Source: Rhynchopus sp. YZ270_cl-10 (taxonomy: Eukaryota). From it: 64,000 bases of DNA. The position numbers were made by a program, and so were the translations under genes. Shown piece by piece: positions 1 to 11,624 of this stretch. The first letter of the stretch is position 1, and each line of letters begins with the position of its first letter. Under the pieces are notes generated by a model. That model made no database searches. It was given only the letters and a program-made list of their open reading frames with translations, and had not been told where the DNA came from. Location of the stretch: contig OZ037837.1 in the NCBI GenBank assembly GCA_964035575.1, positions 248,001 to 312,000 of the forward strand, written 5' to 3'.

Positions 1-442
1 CTTCTGCCAACAAACGTGTGTACCAGAAACACATTAAAGAAGCATGGGAAGAACGCTGTTGGTGTTGAATGAATTGGTGACAATATAAAAAAGAGGCCGA
101 TGAACCTAAGCCTCTCTGTGCTAGTCCCCTTAACAATACATTAACGCAGACCGTGTGTGACTTATTTTGTCTTTGAAAAATTGGTTGTATTAGCGTAGAC
201 ACCCGAGGATGAACTTCCACTATAAGATTTTGCTTTGAGAAATGGGAGAAAACTTATAACGACGTTCAAGCCATGAATCTGCTGTTCCGCTTTTGAAACC
301 CCCACCCCCCCTTTCCCCCGCCTTATCCCATCCTTGAGTGAATCAGAAGCCAGTAAAAATCTTGGGATCAACCCCATTGCACAACGGTGAAACCACAAAA
401 AAAAAGTCAAAACATTTCCTTCACCGCACACAGAGCACATAT

Positions 443-2309
443 CAGTCGCTCCCCCGAAAATGTCAATTTGGTGGACCACCTTTCACTAAATTTCTACTCC
501 ACTAATCTTCTCGATTTTTTTTGCATTTTATTGCGCGGACTCCGGAAACGACGAACAGCGCATTTTCCAGCTCCGGAAAAATAGGCTGATATCCTGGTAT
601 TTTGGAGAGATTTTCGGCAAAAACCGTTTTTTGGGATTTGACTAAATTTGATTTTTTCAAAAGTTCAAAATTCTTGCTCCAATGGAATCAGCGGGCAAAT
701 TTAAGCCCAAAGGGGGGTATGTAATTTGACCGGTTCTGACCGGTAACTCAACCAGTGTGTTGTCAAAAATTCCCGAAAAAATCGGGTATTTTTGTGTACA
801 AATAGTACCCGGTCAAATTAGGGTATGTAATTTGACCGGCACCCCATTTTGACCGGCATTTTGACGGGTACTATTTATACACAAAAAACACGGGTTGCCT
901 ACGACGCTTCTAAGGTGCTCGCTCTCCATACCTAGACCCTCGAATTTTTTTTTTTTGCCCCTATATTGGGCTAATTTCGACGATTTGAGGCCATTAAAAG
1001 CAAAATGTGGCACTTTTGAGCATCTAGGGGGGTCTAAAACGCGGTTCCGCGAACCCAAAATTTCGTGATTTTTACCAAAAACAAGTCGATTTTTGAAAAA
1101 ATCTTTTATTGTTCACTTTGTCAAAATCTCTTTGTTTTTCTCTTTGTCTATTTTTCCTGCATTTTTTATTCTCTTCTTTGTACTTTCTTTTGTTTTGGTT
1201 GTTGTTAGATAAGCTCAATCGCCTATCGAGTTCTGTGAATAGCACGGAACTCCTTTTCATGTGTATCCATGGAAATCAGTATCATATGTGATACCGGGGT
1301 CAAAAAAAAAAAAACCCAAAAATTTTTTTTCACAAGTGTTTTTGAGGCCTGCTCACTACACCCTAGGTCCCCTTCTGGGACCAAAAAGTCAAAAAAAGCA
1401 AGAATTGGGCTGTTTTGAGCATCTAGAGTTAATTCCCCAGTCATTTTCTGTACCACCAGTGCATTTTGTATGGGCCAGCGCCTTGTCAAAAAATCAAAAA
1501 ATCTCAAAAAAAAAAAATTTTTTTTTTCGGGAAAATTTCGACCCCTGAGTTGGGTTTTTGGGCACCAAAAAGTGCAAAAAAACGCAAAAATCGGGTGTTT
1601 TGACGATCTGGGTGTAAACCATATGCATTATGCACCTTATGCATTACTACAGGGGCCCACATTTCGTGTACAAAAACACGCATATTACACATTTCCTTAG
1701 CAATTCTTTTCACAAGTACGGAGTTTGACCTGACAAAATTTTGTTTTATCGCCCAAAATCGGGCGTGGTAGGTCATAAAATGGCCCAAAGAATCCAAAGA
1801 AAACCTCAGAAATAGATGTTCGCGAAAAAATTTCGCAAGTCAAAATTCAGCCGCAATACCCTGTGACTGTAGTGGCTAGAGAACACGCACATGCAGACCC
1901 GTTCCTTGCAATTTCCAGTGTTGTGTTTATCAATGCATGCATCCAGAGGACCCCTGGTTTACGAAATCGTAAGCACTCCTGTGCAAAAATGAAGTCGGTT
2001 TTTGACCCAAAATCGGGGTGGGTGGGTCATAATTTGCTCCAAATTTGGCCGAAAATCGGGATTTTTCTGAAAATTTCATTGTGCCCAGCAAAAATCCTTG
2101 CTTTTTTGAAGAATTTTCCAAAAAATATGCTATACCCCCTATGACTGGACCCAACTCCCCTCACTCTTTTTTTTTTCACCCAAAGGGCCGGTCAAATTTT
2201 ACACACTAATACACAAAGATACATACCCCCCAAATACGTACTTTTTTCAAAAAAAAATTGACTTTTTTTTGGGGGTTTCTCAAATTGACACTTTTCGGGG
2301 GAGCGACTG
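443..2309. mobile_element. Non-autonomous TIR DNA transposon (~1.87 kb)
   Basis: CAGTCGCTCCCCCGAAAA-TGTCAATTTG at 443-470 is the inverted repeat of 2281-2309 (one indel); ATAT on both flanks (439-442, 2310-2313); AT-rich, homopolymer-rich interior with no credible ORF. Superfamily not determined. Confidence 0.8.
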
Positions 2310-2344
2310 ATATATGCACAGCCATCACCCTTACCCCCCTATCC

Positions 2345-3082
2345 CTATTTGTCAGACCGCTCTGATCCCATCTCTGTTGCTGATTTGAAGATGGCACCGT
2401 CTGTGACGCCGAGGCCTGCGAGGGTGATGTTCTTGTCGTGAAGGGGCATGCCGTTGAAGGAGAGCTGCACCTGCGACACGTGGCAGCGACGTGCGTTGGC
2501 GACGCTGAGCTCGAAGACACCGAGGGGCGTGCAAGCAGGGGCGGAGATGTTGGCCACAGACCCCGACGGTGTCTTCACGTAGATATTCATGGGGCCTCCA
2601 CTGACGGGGATGACGTGCAGGACAGAGCCTTGCACGACGTTCGATCTGGAGAGGATGTCAGCATCTTCAAGGTTGACCCCTTCGAAGCACACCTTGTTAG
2701 GTCGCGGGATGTCTACGGGAAAGCGAGCACGCACCATGGATAGGGTTTCCTGCGCACTCAGCTCTAAATCGAATGAACGCCCCTCCGTCACGACCTTGAA
2801 ATGCACTGTGATCAACGTCGCGCGCTGTGCACTAAGCTCCCCCGCCCGCTTCACGAGCTGCCGTTTCGCGAGCCGTGGCATCGATGCTGGCAGGTCATCC
2901 TCCCCTTCTACCATGCAGAACGCACTCATATTCGTCAGACCCTCTGCCGCCAATGCGCCTGCCCACTGCTGCAGACCGAGCTTGATGAGCTCCTGCATGA
3001 CTTCGTCCCCCACACAAGGCACCTCACCACATGGTGCACTTGGTGCAGGTGGTGCAGAGGCCTGGTACCCATCAGCGCCCAT
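2345..3082 (-). CDS. SAM-like domain plus two ubiquitin-like domains (245 aa)
   Basis: LIKLGLQQWAGALAAEGL looks SAM-like; VHFKVVTEGRSFDLELS...VLHVI and MNIYVKTPSG...QLSFNGMPL...ITLAGLGV are ubiquitin-fold patterns; GC-rich coding island; pyrimidine tract+CAG ~30 nt upstream of the ATG. Confidence 0.75.
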   Translation of the reverse strand: MGADGYQASAPPAPSAPCGEVPCVGDEVMQELIKLGLQQWAGALAAEGLTNMSAFCMVEGEDDLPASMPRLAKRQLVKRAGELSAQRATLITVHFKVVTEGRSFDLELSAQETLSMVRARFPVDIPRPNKVCFEGVNLEDADILSRSNVVQGSVLHVIPVSGGPMNIYVKTPSGSVANISAPACTPLGVFELSVANARRCHVSQVQLSFNGMPLHDKNITLAGLGVTDGAIFKSATEMGSERSDK

Positions 3083-3127
3083 TTCGATTATGTTGTGTTG
3101 TATTGTGTTGCGCTGCAGTAGATGAAG

Positions 3128-3292
3128 AAATAATAAAACCTACATTCTTGAGCTCTTCTATACGAAGTGATTTTCATTGGACGCATCCACTACACACACA
3201 ATTTCAATCATTCGAGCCGAAGACACCCAAACATTTCGGCTTGTATTATTTCCTTACAACCGTACGCGTTCCGCTTCGTCTGTTGTATACAA
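3128..3292 (-). mobile_element. Short remnant of YR retroelement family A (5' end fused to 3' end)
   Basis: Reverse complement is a slightly diverged copy of 14178-14279 joined directly to a copy of 25580-25640. Confidence 0.85.
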
Positions 3293-4384
3293 TAAAAAAA
3301 CAAAAACATTACCAACTGATCTCCTTACCAATCTACTATATTGTTTTCATCGACCAGCCATCAGTACATCTGAAAAAAAAAGTTTGTAAAAATACAAGAA
3401 GAGCAATGCCTACTGATAGGTGGAAATGTTCGGAGGAAAATAGTTGAGGATATTTATTTTTAGTTTTTTTGTACAATGAATCGTTGATGAGGCACATTGT
3501 AACGGAAAGGAGGGGGGAAGTTGCGAATTGAATAATTATTTTTTGTTGCATCAACAATCAGCTACCGAGGTAGGATCTGTACACAATGTCGCCCTAAGGC
3601 TTTGTACTTAATCGGTATGGACGGAGGCCATCCTCAACCCGAGAAAGTAGCTTTTATTTGTTGATTTGCATTCAAAGTGCATTTTTTTTTTTGAGAAGAT
3701 GAACCCTAAGCCCCACATGCTTGTCTCACCCACAAATGTGCCCCCTGTAAAGGGAACAATGAATAATCAGAACAAAAGAAAAACAGCAAGAAAGAGCATG
3801 TGTTCCACTGGAGGCGGCTCTGTGACGAAGAACCTTCCACCCAGGGCCAGGGCCAGGGCCGGACTACTGAGTTATACCCCGTGTGACCCTTTTCGAGATG
3901 GGCCCCGAAAAAGCCCTATGAAGAAAGACTGTCACGCAAAATAGGGAAAGGGAAAGGGAAAGGGAAAGGAGATCTGAGATAGATAGAGAGTACCTAAAAG
4001 ACCCGCGAAGGGCGAACAGCAATGATGAAAACGGAGAGGAGGGAAGGGGGATACTTTTATCTCGAAATAGGCGCTACGATGAGGGGGGCGAATGTGGAAG
4101 CCGAAACAACCCAAAACAAATTCCAACAAAAAATCTGATGAAGATGGTGTGGTGATTTGGTGAGGGTAGAGACTGAAACATAAACGGACCCCGGCCAACC
4201 AGGACAAAGCCTGAGGAAAATCAAATAAATATTCTGCCAAATAGCAGTGTGCGTGCCATGTCAAATCAAAAGAACGGTAGTCTCTATCAAAGATCTCCCA
4301 ACACGCAGCGAAGCTGCTCCGCTAAAGCGTGTTTCAGGGGAAAGGGAAAGGGAAAGGGAAAATTTGGCGTTTATATGTCACATA

Positions 4385-5419
4385 CAGTGTGACACAGAAT
4401 TAATGGCCGATGACGACATTTTGTAAAAATTGTTATATTATTCTAAAAAATAGGCAAAATTTGACTCATTTCATGCCTGGCCAGTCAGCTTTAGGGAGGA
4501 ACGAGAAAGGTTGGGAGGAGAGGAATGCTTGAGTAACGTTCGCAGTGTGGCAGGGTGCCCCATCCTGCTGAAACGTGTAGCTACTGTCAGGCAGGAGTTC
4601 TTTTATTTCTTTGAGCGCTTTCTGTAAGACGAGCGTACGGTACTTCTCTGCATTGAGAGCACCGTCATAGAAATAGAGCTTCGTCTTACCTCTGGTGGTG
4701 ATTCCTCCCCAGACGTGAACCTTCTGCGTAGCCCTGACCTTATCAACGGTTGGGGGCGGCTCATCACCATCTGCAACCCAGACAACATCGTTCTTCTTGC
4801 TCACCCGAGAAAAAAGCCAAAAGTCTTTTTCATCGGTGAACATCACCTTTGACCAGTCGGTGTTTCGATGCGTTTCAGCAAACTCTATCCGGGCAGTGAT
4901 GTTCTTTTCCGAGAGCTTTGGTTTGCTCTTCGTTTGAACGGGCTTCAGCCCCTTCTCCTTCAGGCACCTGCGGACACTCTCCCTCGAAATCTGTAGTCGC
5001 GACGCTACTTTCCTGCAAGACTGAAACCGCTTGCCCCGCATGTGTCTAACCACCCTATTCTTAACGGTGTCGGTGGTGGCCGATCTCTTGCGTCCCCTCC
5101 CTGGCTTGTCCGAAAAATTCCGCTCTCCAGCGCGGTACTCCTTCACCCACCTACCCAAACTCCTCTTCGCAACGTTCAGCAACTCCGCCACCTCATCATG
5201 GCTCTTACCGCCAACAACGACTAGCGACGCTGCCTGTAGGCGCAACCCTTCCCTCGTGGCCTCAGTGTTCACTTTACCCTTAACCATTATATTTTTGCTT
5301 TTATTGTGTTCCTGGGCGTAAATATTTTATGTTTTGGGGGTGTTTTGAATATGTCCTTGTCAAAATTTGCCGTTTTTTTATAAAATGTCTTCATCGGCCA
5401 TTAATTCTGTGTCACACTG
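4385..5419 (-). mobile_element. Tc1/mariner DNA transposon, internally deleted
   Basis: ~45-bp TIRs beginning CAGTGTGACACAGAATTAATGGCCGATGA (2 mismatches), TA duplication at 4383-4384 and 5420-5421, transposase ORF inside. Confidence 0.93.
4466..5287 (-). pseudogene. Tc1-like transposase truncated before the third catalytic residue
   Basis: Paired HTH region, GRGRK linker, MFTDEK (D1), VHVWGGI, FQQDGAPCH (D2); stops at DWPGMK where WPxxSPDLNPIE is expected. Confidence 0.85.
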
Positions 5420-7745
5420 TACATGACTCGTAGCGCCAAAAAAAAATGGAGGAAATTACCGGATTTTTTGACAGTTTTATTTCCCAACCCAACAACAACA
5501 ATATAGCGTGAAGACAATAAATAAAATCAAAGCGGAATAAATTTTTAGGTTTTGTGAGGCACTCAACGAGTGTGCCGGCTCTGTGGCGTCACGGAGCCAC
5601 CAACACTCCCCAGTCATTTTTCCTGCGCTTCCAGGAAAACTCGCAGTATGCGACCAGGCGAACGAAAAAATTTAATTCACAGCAAACAGGTGTGAGGGAG
5701 AAGAAAAGAAAGTGAACAAAAACGAAAAACAATGTTTTTCTGAAATGTGATGTTGTTGTTGGGGGGAAAAAAAGGAGACGGTCTGTTTGGCAGTATCTCT
5801 GATGTGAAGCTTCTACTGACAGCTTTGCAAATAATAGTACAGTAAAAGTAAGTCGCACAGCCAGGACACACGAAAATGAAACCATCACACCACCCCCGCA
5901 GTGCAAATCTTCATTGTTGTGAAATATTATTCAAAAAAAAATGACATTTTTTTGCAGCAAAGGGAAGAGAGGGAAAACAGAGGGGGAAAGAATGGTAGCA
6001 AAACATAGAAATCAGTGAATGTGAAGCAATGTTGTACAAAAAAAAAAATTGATAACTTCATTTGAGTTTGGGAAAGTAAACTTGGTGCTCCGGGAGGGGG
6101 GTCGATATTTGACAGGTCGCTGACCGACTTCCGAAAGCACCAGAACTGTGTTTCTCTTTCCTATCGAACGCAACTAATTTAAAATAAGAATAAGAAGAAG
6201 AGAGTTGCGCTGAATCATACATCTGCCCATTATTTTAAAGACTGTATACTTTTATCATAAATACAAATTCACTCCTGCGAGACATATAGCAACCTATGCA
6301 GATTTCTACGCCGGAAATGAACGGTTGTTTCTCGTGAAGAAAAAAAAAAAATAAAAATACATGTTCTTCTAATTGGGGATAGTGAGAGGGTTTTATTTCC
6401 CACCCCAACAACAACGATAAAGCGATAAAAACAGTGTTTTTCTGAATGTGATGTTGTTGTTGGGGTGAGGAGAATAAAACAGTTCCAAGAAAAGCTCCTG
6501 CGTCGGTTTTCTTTTTGTTAATACAAAGAGTTACCAAATCCAGACAGATTTGCTTCTTGACTGTACACATTTCGCGCAAATTTGGGGGGAAAAAAAGATA
6601 AGCAAACGTAATTTTTGAAAGGGGGTGGAAAGTGGTGAGGAGAGAGCGGCTTTGAACTAGAAACACAGAGTACCCTGTAAGCTATTCGCAGGATAGTGTT
6701 CATGTGCAAGCAAAAAAAGGGATCTCAAAAGAAAAAGGGGGAAGTAGAGTAAGCTTGAAATATACAATCAACAACCTTTCCCAATACGGTTGAAGAACAT
6801 TCTCCTGCAGATTGACACATTGTGCCACATCAAATTTGAGTAGAATTGACGTTTTCACTACAGGGAACCGGATACAGAAAGTAGTGTAATTTGACAGCAA
6901 AGGGTAGTCAAAAAAATGGATAAATGAGGGAGGGGAACCAGGGGCGGGGAAAGTGTGTAACCATAGGTGGCCTGCGATCGAAGCACGATGTTTTACGAGC
7001 GTACCCAAAAACGAGCGTTTACGATCGTAAAATATCGTACCACAATCGTAGGCAACCAGTGGTTAACCCATGCAGGCGAATGTACAAATGCAGCTTTTAT
7101 TTTTTTTGGGATCAAAAAGAGCTCCTTGGCAGAACCGTGGTTGAACCACGGGAGTACCCCTTGGGAACTGGGTTGCTGACCACACCAGGAAGGTCCAGGG
7201 TAAATCGTTGTATTTTTATTTTTTGAACCCCTTTGGAGTTGTTCACAATCACCGTGACAAAAGACAGGTGGATTATGTGTTCTTTTCAGACACTGAAAAC
7301 AGGCAGTTGTCAGACAGAGGGGTTGCACGTGGCCCCGTCACCTCTCCTGATCAGTTTTTTTGTTTATTTTCATTTTTCTCGTTTCTTTTTTCCCGTTTTT
7401 TTTCTGGTTCACAAATCGAATAATAATACAACTGTACCCCTCGTTGCAAAGACTCGTGCACTCACGAAACTGAAGCAGGAAAAACTCTGTTTGCTCTCTC
7501 TTCGTTTGTGGTGCAGTGGAGTCGAGTCGCGTGCAACTCGCCCGTAGACGTGGGTACGACACTACTAATACAAGAATGTAAAAGGAAACGCTAAAGAGTG
7601 GGGGTGGGAAGCATGCAGAATTACAAGAAGTCCAAGAAGTCCAAGAAGGGCGTTGGGCGGGGGCGGGGGGAGGGGCGAGGGGCGGGGCGAGGGGCGGGGC
7701 GTCTAATTTAAGTAATGCTCAGTAAGTGTGCACAGCTGTGCACAG

Positions 7746-10700
7746 CTACATCTCAAAGGTTTCGTTGTGAACGTCCGCTTTCATCCAGGGGTACTGACCT
7801 GCATACGCTGACACAGCCTTCTTCGCCGCACCAGTCAGTGCATGTGGCCCACAGGTGAAAACTGCCAAACTCTCGAAATCCTTTGGGTCACCAAAACCTT
7901 CAAGGACCTTAGCAACTTCCGGCCTCCCGTGCTTGATTTTGCTTCCGAGCATTCCAAACACGTTGTTGTTTCCTTCCACAGCCCCCGTGAAGTTGATCTG
8001 CAGGTCCAGGTCTGGCGCAGCATTGATGCACGAGATCAGCTCGTCTGCAAGGAGCTCAAGAAGCTCGACGTCACGTACAGCCCACACAAGGCTCACTCTG
8101 TGCTGTACTGTCTCTCCCTTGGCTGGCATCTCCTGGTACACGCTGCGTGTCTTCAGGTAGTGCAGTGCAGCAACCAACGGTGTCACACCCACACCACCGC
8201 CAACAAGCAGCACTCTGTCGTAGTTGAGCAGGTCCATCGAGGCAACACCGCAGGGCTCAGACACACGCAGCAGCGAACCTGCCTGCAGGTCTCGGATCAT
8301 GTTGTCCGTCGACGTTCCTTTGCCCATGTTCTTCACAACAATGGAAAAGCCATACGTCTCCGGGTGCACACGCATCACAGAGAAGGGGTGCGACTGCAGC
8401 ATGTTCGACAGCGACTTCACACGCACCCTGATGTACATCCCTGGGAAGATGTCACGGAAGTTGAAGATCGGCTCTCTTGTGGGCGGAACTGCAGGAGCGA
8501 CACGCAGCTTCGAGTATGCCTGCGAAGGGGTGTCGTCCTTGGACACCACTGTGTAGTAGGGCACGATGAAGTTGCGCACAACCCTCTGTGCAATCAGGGA
8601 GAGTATTCCCGGGATCAGGAACAGCACTGTGGATGTGGTGTGGATGATGGCGAAGACGAGGATCAACGGAATGAAGCACCAATGCGCCATCAGGAAGAAG
8701 TGGTACGCACCCCTGCGCACAGGCGGCAGGGACGTCACACACAGCGCAAACATGAAGATAATAGCAAGCGTCCCTGCAAGGTTGTTCACATCCCCACCAC
8801 CCCATTTAAATGCGTTCTCGCCGTCCACAATGTACATCACACCGTGCAGTGTCCCGACTGCCATGAACAGAAACCCGATGATGCCGTGGAAGAACACAAC
8901 CTTCTCGTGAGGCATCCCAAAGCAGATCCAGATCCAGCTCTGCCTCCCAGACGGCATCGAGAAGCTCATGCCCAGGAGCAGCTGCGCAACGTGGCCGAGG
9001 GACTTGTACCACACCAGCCTGTCCTCGTTCGCGTAGTAGAAGCACACTGCCGCGCCTGCCCACATCACTCCCACCACGTAGACACCCACTCCCTTCACCA
9101 TCATCCTACCCAGGAACCGTGGTGCCTCAAACGCCTTGCAGCAGGACAGCTTTGTCAGTGGCACGAAGATCGCAGGCAGCAGCAGCAGCACAAACGTGAG
9201 GATCAGGTACACCAGCTTGTTCTTCCCCACCGAAGCTGAGGCACCAGTGAAAAAGTTGATCCGCTTGCTCCCGAAGCTTCCGCCAGCCTCGTGTGTGTCC
9301 AGGTTTCCAACTGTGTACGGCCCGTACGCCCAGATCACGTCCTGCATTTTGTCAACGATGACAGTGTCGGCAGGGTCCATTGTGTTCACCTTGCGCGAGA
9401 ACGTGTAGTCTGTCGCACCCACGATGCTGTACGAAAGCACGTCGTTCAGCACGTCCTGCACCTGAACAACGTACCCAGAGCAGTGACCATCAAAGCACGA
9501 AGACTGCGAGCATGTGTAAGTGTCCGCATCCGCCATGCTCGTCCCAAACCCAAAGGCACACCACAGACCCGGGCTGCATGTAAAGACGTACGTGATGACG
9601 TCGCCTGTCATGCTCCACGTCATGCTGTACTGTTGTGCAAACGAAACTGAGTATGTCGGTCCAGCCTGCCCAACAACGGGTGCGGGTGTCGGAGGTGCTG
9701 GTGTTGCGGGTGCGACATTCGTGGAGAGCAAGATAGTCGTGGCACCCTTTGTCGCATGTGTCAAACGGATGTCCTCACCCACACCCACACCCCAGATAAG
9801 CGGCTCCGTACCCTGCACAAGCACTTTGTCAATAGAGTCACCAGTGTTCATCAAACGTGTCATCGTGAAGACGGTCCTCCCGTTTGCGGTCACTGCGTTC
9901 ACGTTGTCCAGGTTCTGCACCGCATCACGTGGTGGTTGGAACAGCCCCGCACAGTGAGCATCCTCACACGATCCAGGCGTGGTTGTGGAGCACGTGATTG
10001 TGTCTGCGTCACTCATGCTTGCGCCAAACCCGATGGAACACCACTTTGTGGAAATGCAGTCGAGTGTCATCAACAGTGTTGTCCCGTCTGTGCTCATTGA
10101 CCACTCAAACGACATGTCTTGGTTTGGCTTAAAGAACTGACTTCCAGGGGTGGAACCAGTCCCCGATTGACCAGGTGCCGGTGGTGTGGGTGGCATGGGG
10201 GTTGGCGGTGAAGGACCAGGCTGGCTGGTGACGGGTGGGGACGGTGTGGGCGGGCAAGCGTTGAGCGTGATGTCTGCATCGTCTGCCTCAGGGTGCTCCA
10301 GCCACGTCCCGTCGTTGGGGCTGCCGTACCCCACAGCCCAGCCAAGCTCGAACTGTCTGCCTGACTGCAGGACGTAGTCGTGTGAATCACCTGTCGACAG
10401 CCTTCTCCGGAAGACCACTGTACGCGCTGTCCTCGACACAAAGACACCATCCTGCTGCTCGTCCACACCAGAGGGTGCGGCCTCAGGCACAGTCATGATG
10501 TTGTAGTCCACGATCTTGTCCTGCGACAGGTCCCAAGCAAGAATGTCGTAGTTCTGCATCTCGTCACCAGTCGTCCGGAACCCGATGGACCCGTACTCGT
10601 ACGTGCCCGTGATTCTAACTGTGAACTGCACCGCCTCGTCAGCACCCAGAGAACCCATTTCGTAGTCGATCGTCATCTCGTTCGCTGAGAGGATGCGTGT

Positions 10701-11252
10701 CCCACCACACCCACGCACCCACACAGAGTTCGAGGGCGGCGGTGTTGCAGGAGGCTCGTTGATCGTCAGAAGAATTGTTGCACCTGACTTCTTCGTGTGT
10801 GTGGTCCTGATGTCGAGGTTCGGCCCAATGCCCCAAATGATAGGTGTGGTGCCAAGAACAAGCACTCTGTCCACAGAGTCACCAGTGTTCATCAGACGTG
10901 TCATTGTGTAGGTCGTCTTCCCGTTGCTCGTGGTGGCAGTGATGCTGTCCAGGTTCTGCACTGCGTCGCGTGGTGGCTGGAACAGCCCCGTACAGTGAGC
11001 ATCCTCACACGTGCCTCCTGCTGTGGTGGAGCAAGTGATGGTGTCTGCATCGCTCATGCTTGAGCCAAAGGCAACGGAACACCACTTATCAAAGTCGCAG
11101 ATCAGCGACATCGACATCGTGTTGCCGTCACTGCTGAGCGACCACTCAAACGTCATTTCGCTTGTGGGAGTGAACGACTGCACAAATCCTGACACTGGCA
11201 GAACTGATGCCATAAAAATAGCAAGAAACGGCAGCACCATGTTGGTATGCAT
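7746..11252 (-). CDS. Ferric-reductase (FRE/NOX-like) membrane oxidoreductase with four N-terminal DOMON domains
   Basis: Signal peptide MVLPFLAIF...; four DOMON repeats with Met (SMSDAD-type) and C-terminal His; heme-binding TM His residues (FFHG, TLHG, MAHW, IIHT); FAD motif HPFS; NAD(P)H motifs GGGVGVTP and CGP; terminal ETFEM. Start 11252 or 11240. Confidence 0.9.
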   Translation of the reverse strand: MHTNMVLPFLAIFMASVLPVSGFVQSFTPTSEMTFEWSLSSDGNTMSMSLICDFDKWCSVAFGSSMSDADTITCSTTAGGTCEDAHCTGLFQPPRDAVQNLDSITATTSNGKTTYTMTRLMNTGDSVDRVLVLGTTPIIWGIGPNLDIRTTHTKKSGATILLTINEPPATPPPSNSVWVRGCGGTRILSANEMTIDYEMGSLGADEAVQFTVRITGTYEYGSIGFRTTGDEMQNYDILAWDLSQDKIVDYNIMTVPEAAPSGVDEQQDGVFVSRTARTVVFRRRLSTGDSHDYVLQSGRQFELGWAVGYGSPNDGTWLEHPEADDADITLNACPPTPSPPVTSQPGPSPPTPMPPTPPAPGQSGTGSTPGSQFFKPNQDMSFEWSMSTDGTTLLMTLDCISTKWCSIGFGASMSDADTITCSTTTPGSCEDAHCAGLFQPPRDAVQNLDNVNAVTANGRTVFTMTRLMNTGDSIDKVLVQGTEPLIWGVGVGEDIRLTHATKGATTILLSTNVAPATPAPPTPAPVVGQAGPTYSVSFAQQYSMTWSMTGDVITYVFTCSPGLWCAFGFGTSMADADTYTCSQSSCFDGHCSGYVVQVQDVLNDVLSYSIVGATDYTFSRKVNTMDPADTVIVDKMQDVIWAYGPYTVGNLDTHEAGGSFGSKRINFFTGASASVGKNKLVYLILTFVLLLLPAIFVPLTKLSCCKAFEAPRFLGRMMVKGVGVYVVGVMWAGAAVCFYYANEDRLVWYKSLGHVAQLLLGMSFSMPSGRQSWIWICFGMPHEKVVFFHGIIGFLFMAVGTLHGVMYIVDGENAFKWGGGDVNNLAGTLAIIFMFALCVTSLPPVRRGAYHFFLMAHWCFIPLILVFAIIHTTSTVLFLIPGILSLIAQRVVRNFIVPYYTVVSKDDTPSQAYSKLRVAPAVPPTREPIFNFRDIFPGMYIRVRVKSLSNMLQSHPFSVMRVHPETYGFSIVVKNMGKGTSTDNMIRDLQAGSLLRVSEPCGVASMDLLNYDRVLLVGGGVGVTPLVAALHYLKTRSVYQEMPAKGETVQHRVSLVWAVRDVELLELLADELISCINAAPDLDLQINFTGAVEGNNNVFGMLGSKIKHGRPEVAKVLEGFGDPKDFESLAVFTCGPHALTGAAKKAVSAYAGQYPWMKADVHNETFEM

Positions 11253-11292
11253 ACGGGAATTCCTGCAATGGTGTGTGAGGTGTGAGGTGTGA

Positions 11293-11455
11293 GGGGAGAT
11301 CTGGTGTACAGATCGTGATCCATCGATGAGGTCCCAAAAGCAAAAATAAAACAATGTGAGGAGGGAGTTTCGTCTACTGTGACGTGCAGAGGAAAGGAAA
11401 ACACACCGGGGGGGGGAAATAATTTGTGAAAACTATTCCTGATGAAGGTGGTGTA
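11293..11455 (-). mobile_element. Short remnant of YR retroelement family B
   Basis: Diverged match to 17095-17207 continuing through GGAAAACACACC into a match to 21316-21358. Confidence 0.8.
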
Positions 11456-11556
11456 CAGATGGAAAAATGCTTGTACGACATCAAACGGTGACTTCGCTAT
11501 TATTTTGTGTTAATCGCATTGCATGCACGCCTTTGGTGCACTGTGATTTATCATGA

Positions 11557-11624
11557 AAATAATAAAACCTACAAAGTAACATTCTCGAACTTTTCTCCCA
11601 AAGTGATTTTCATTGGACACATCC
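11557..11624 (-). mobile_element. Fragment of the family A 3' end
   Basis: AAATAATAAAACCTACA...ATTCTCGAAC...AAGTGATTTTCATTGGACACATCC matches 3128-3188 and the reverse complement of 25580-25640. Confidence 0.7.

Noticed and set aside
3930..4365. GGGAAA repeats as a functional element
   Set aside because: Short simple repeats with no ORF or defined ends.
6401..6467. 15-bp inverted repeat CACCCCAACAACAAC
   Set aside because: Low-complexity arms; insufficient support for a MITE or RNA.
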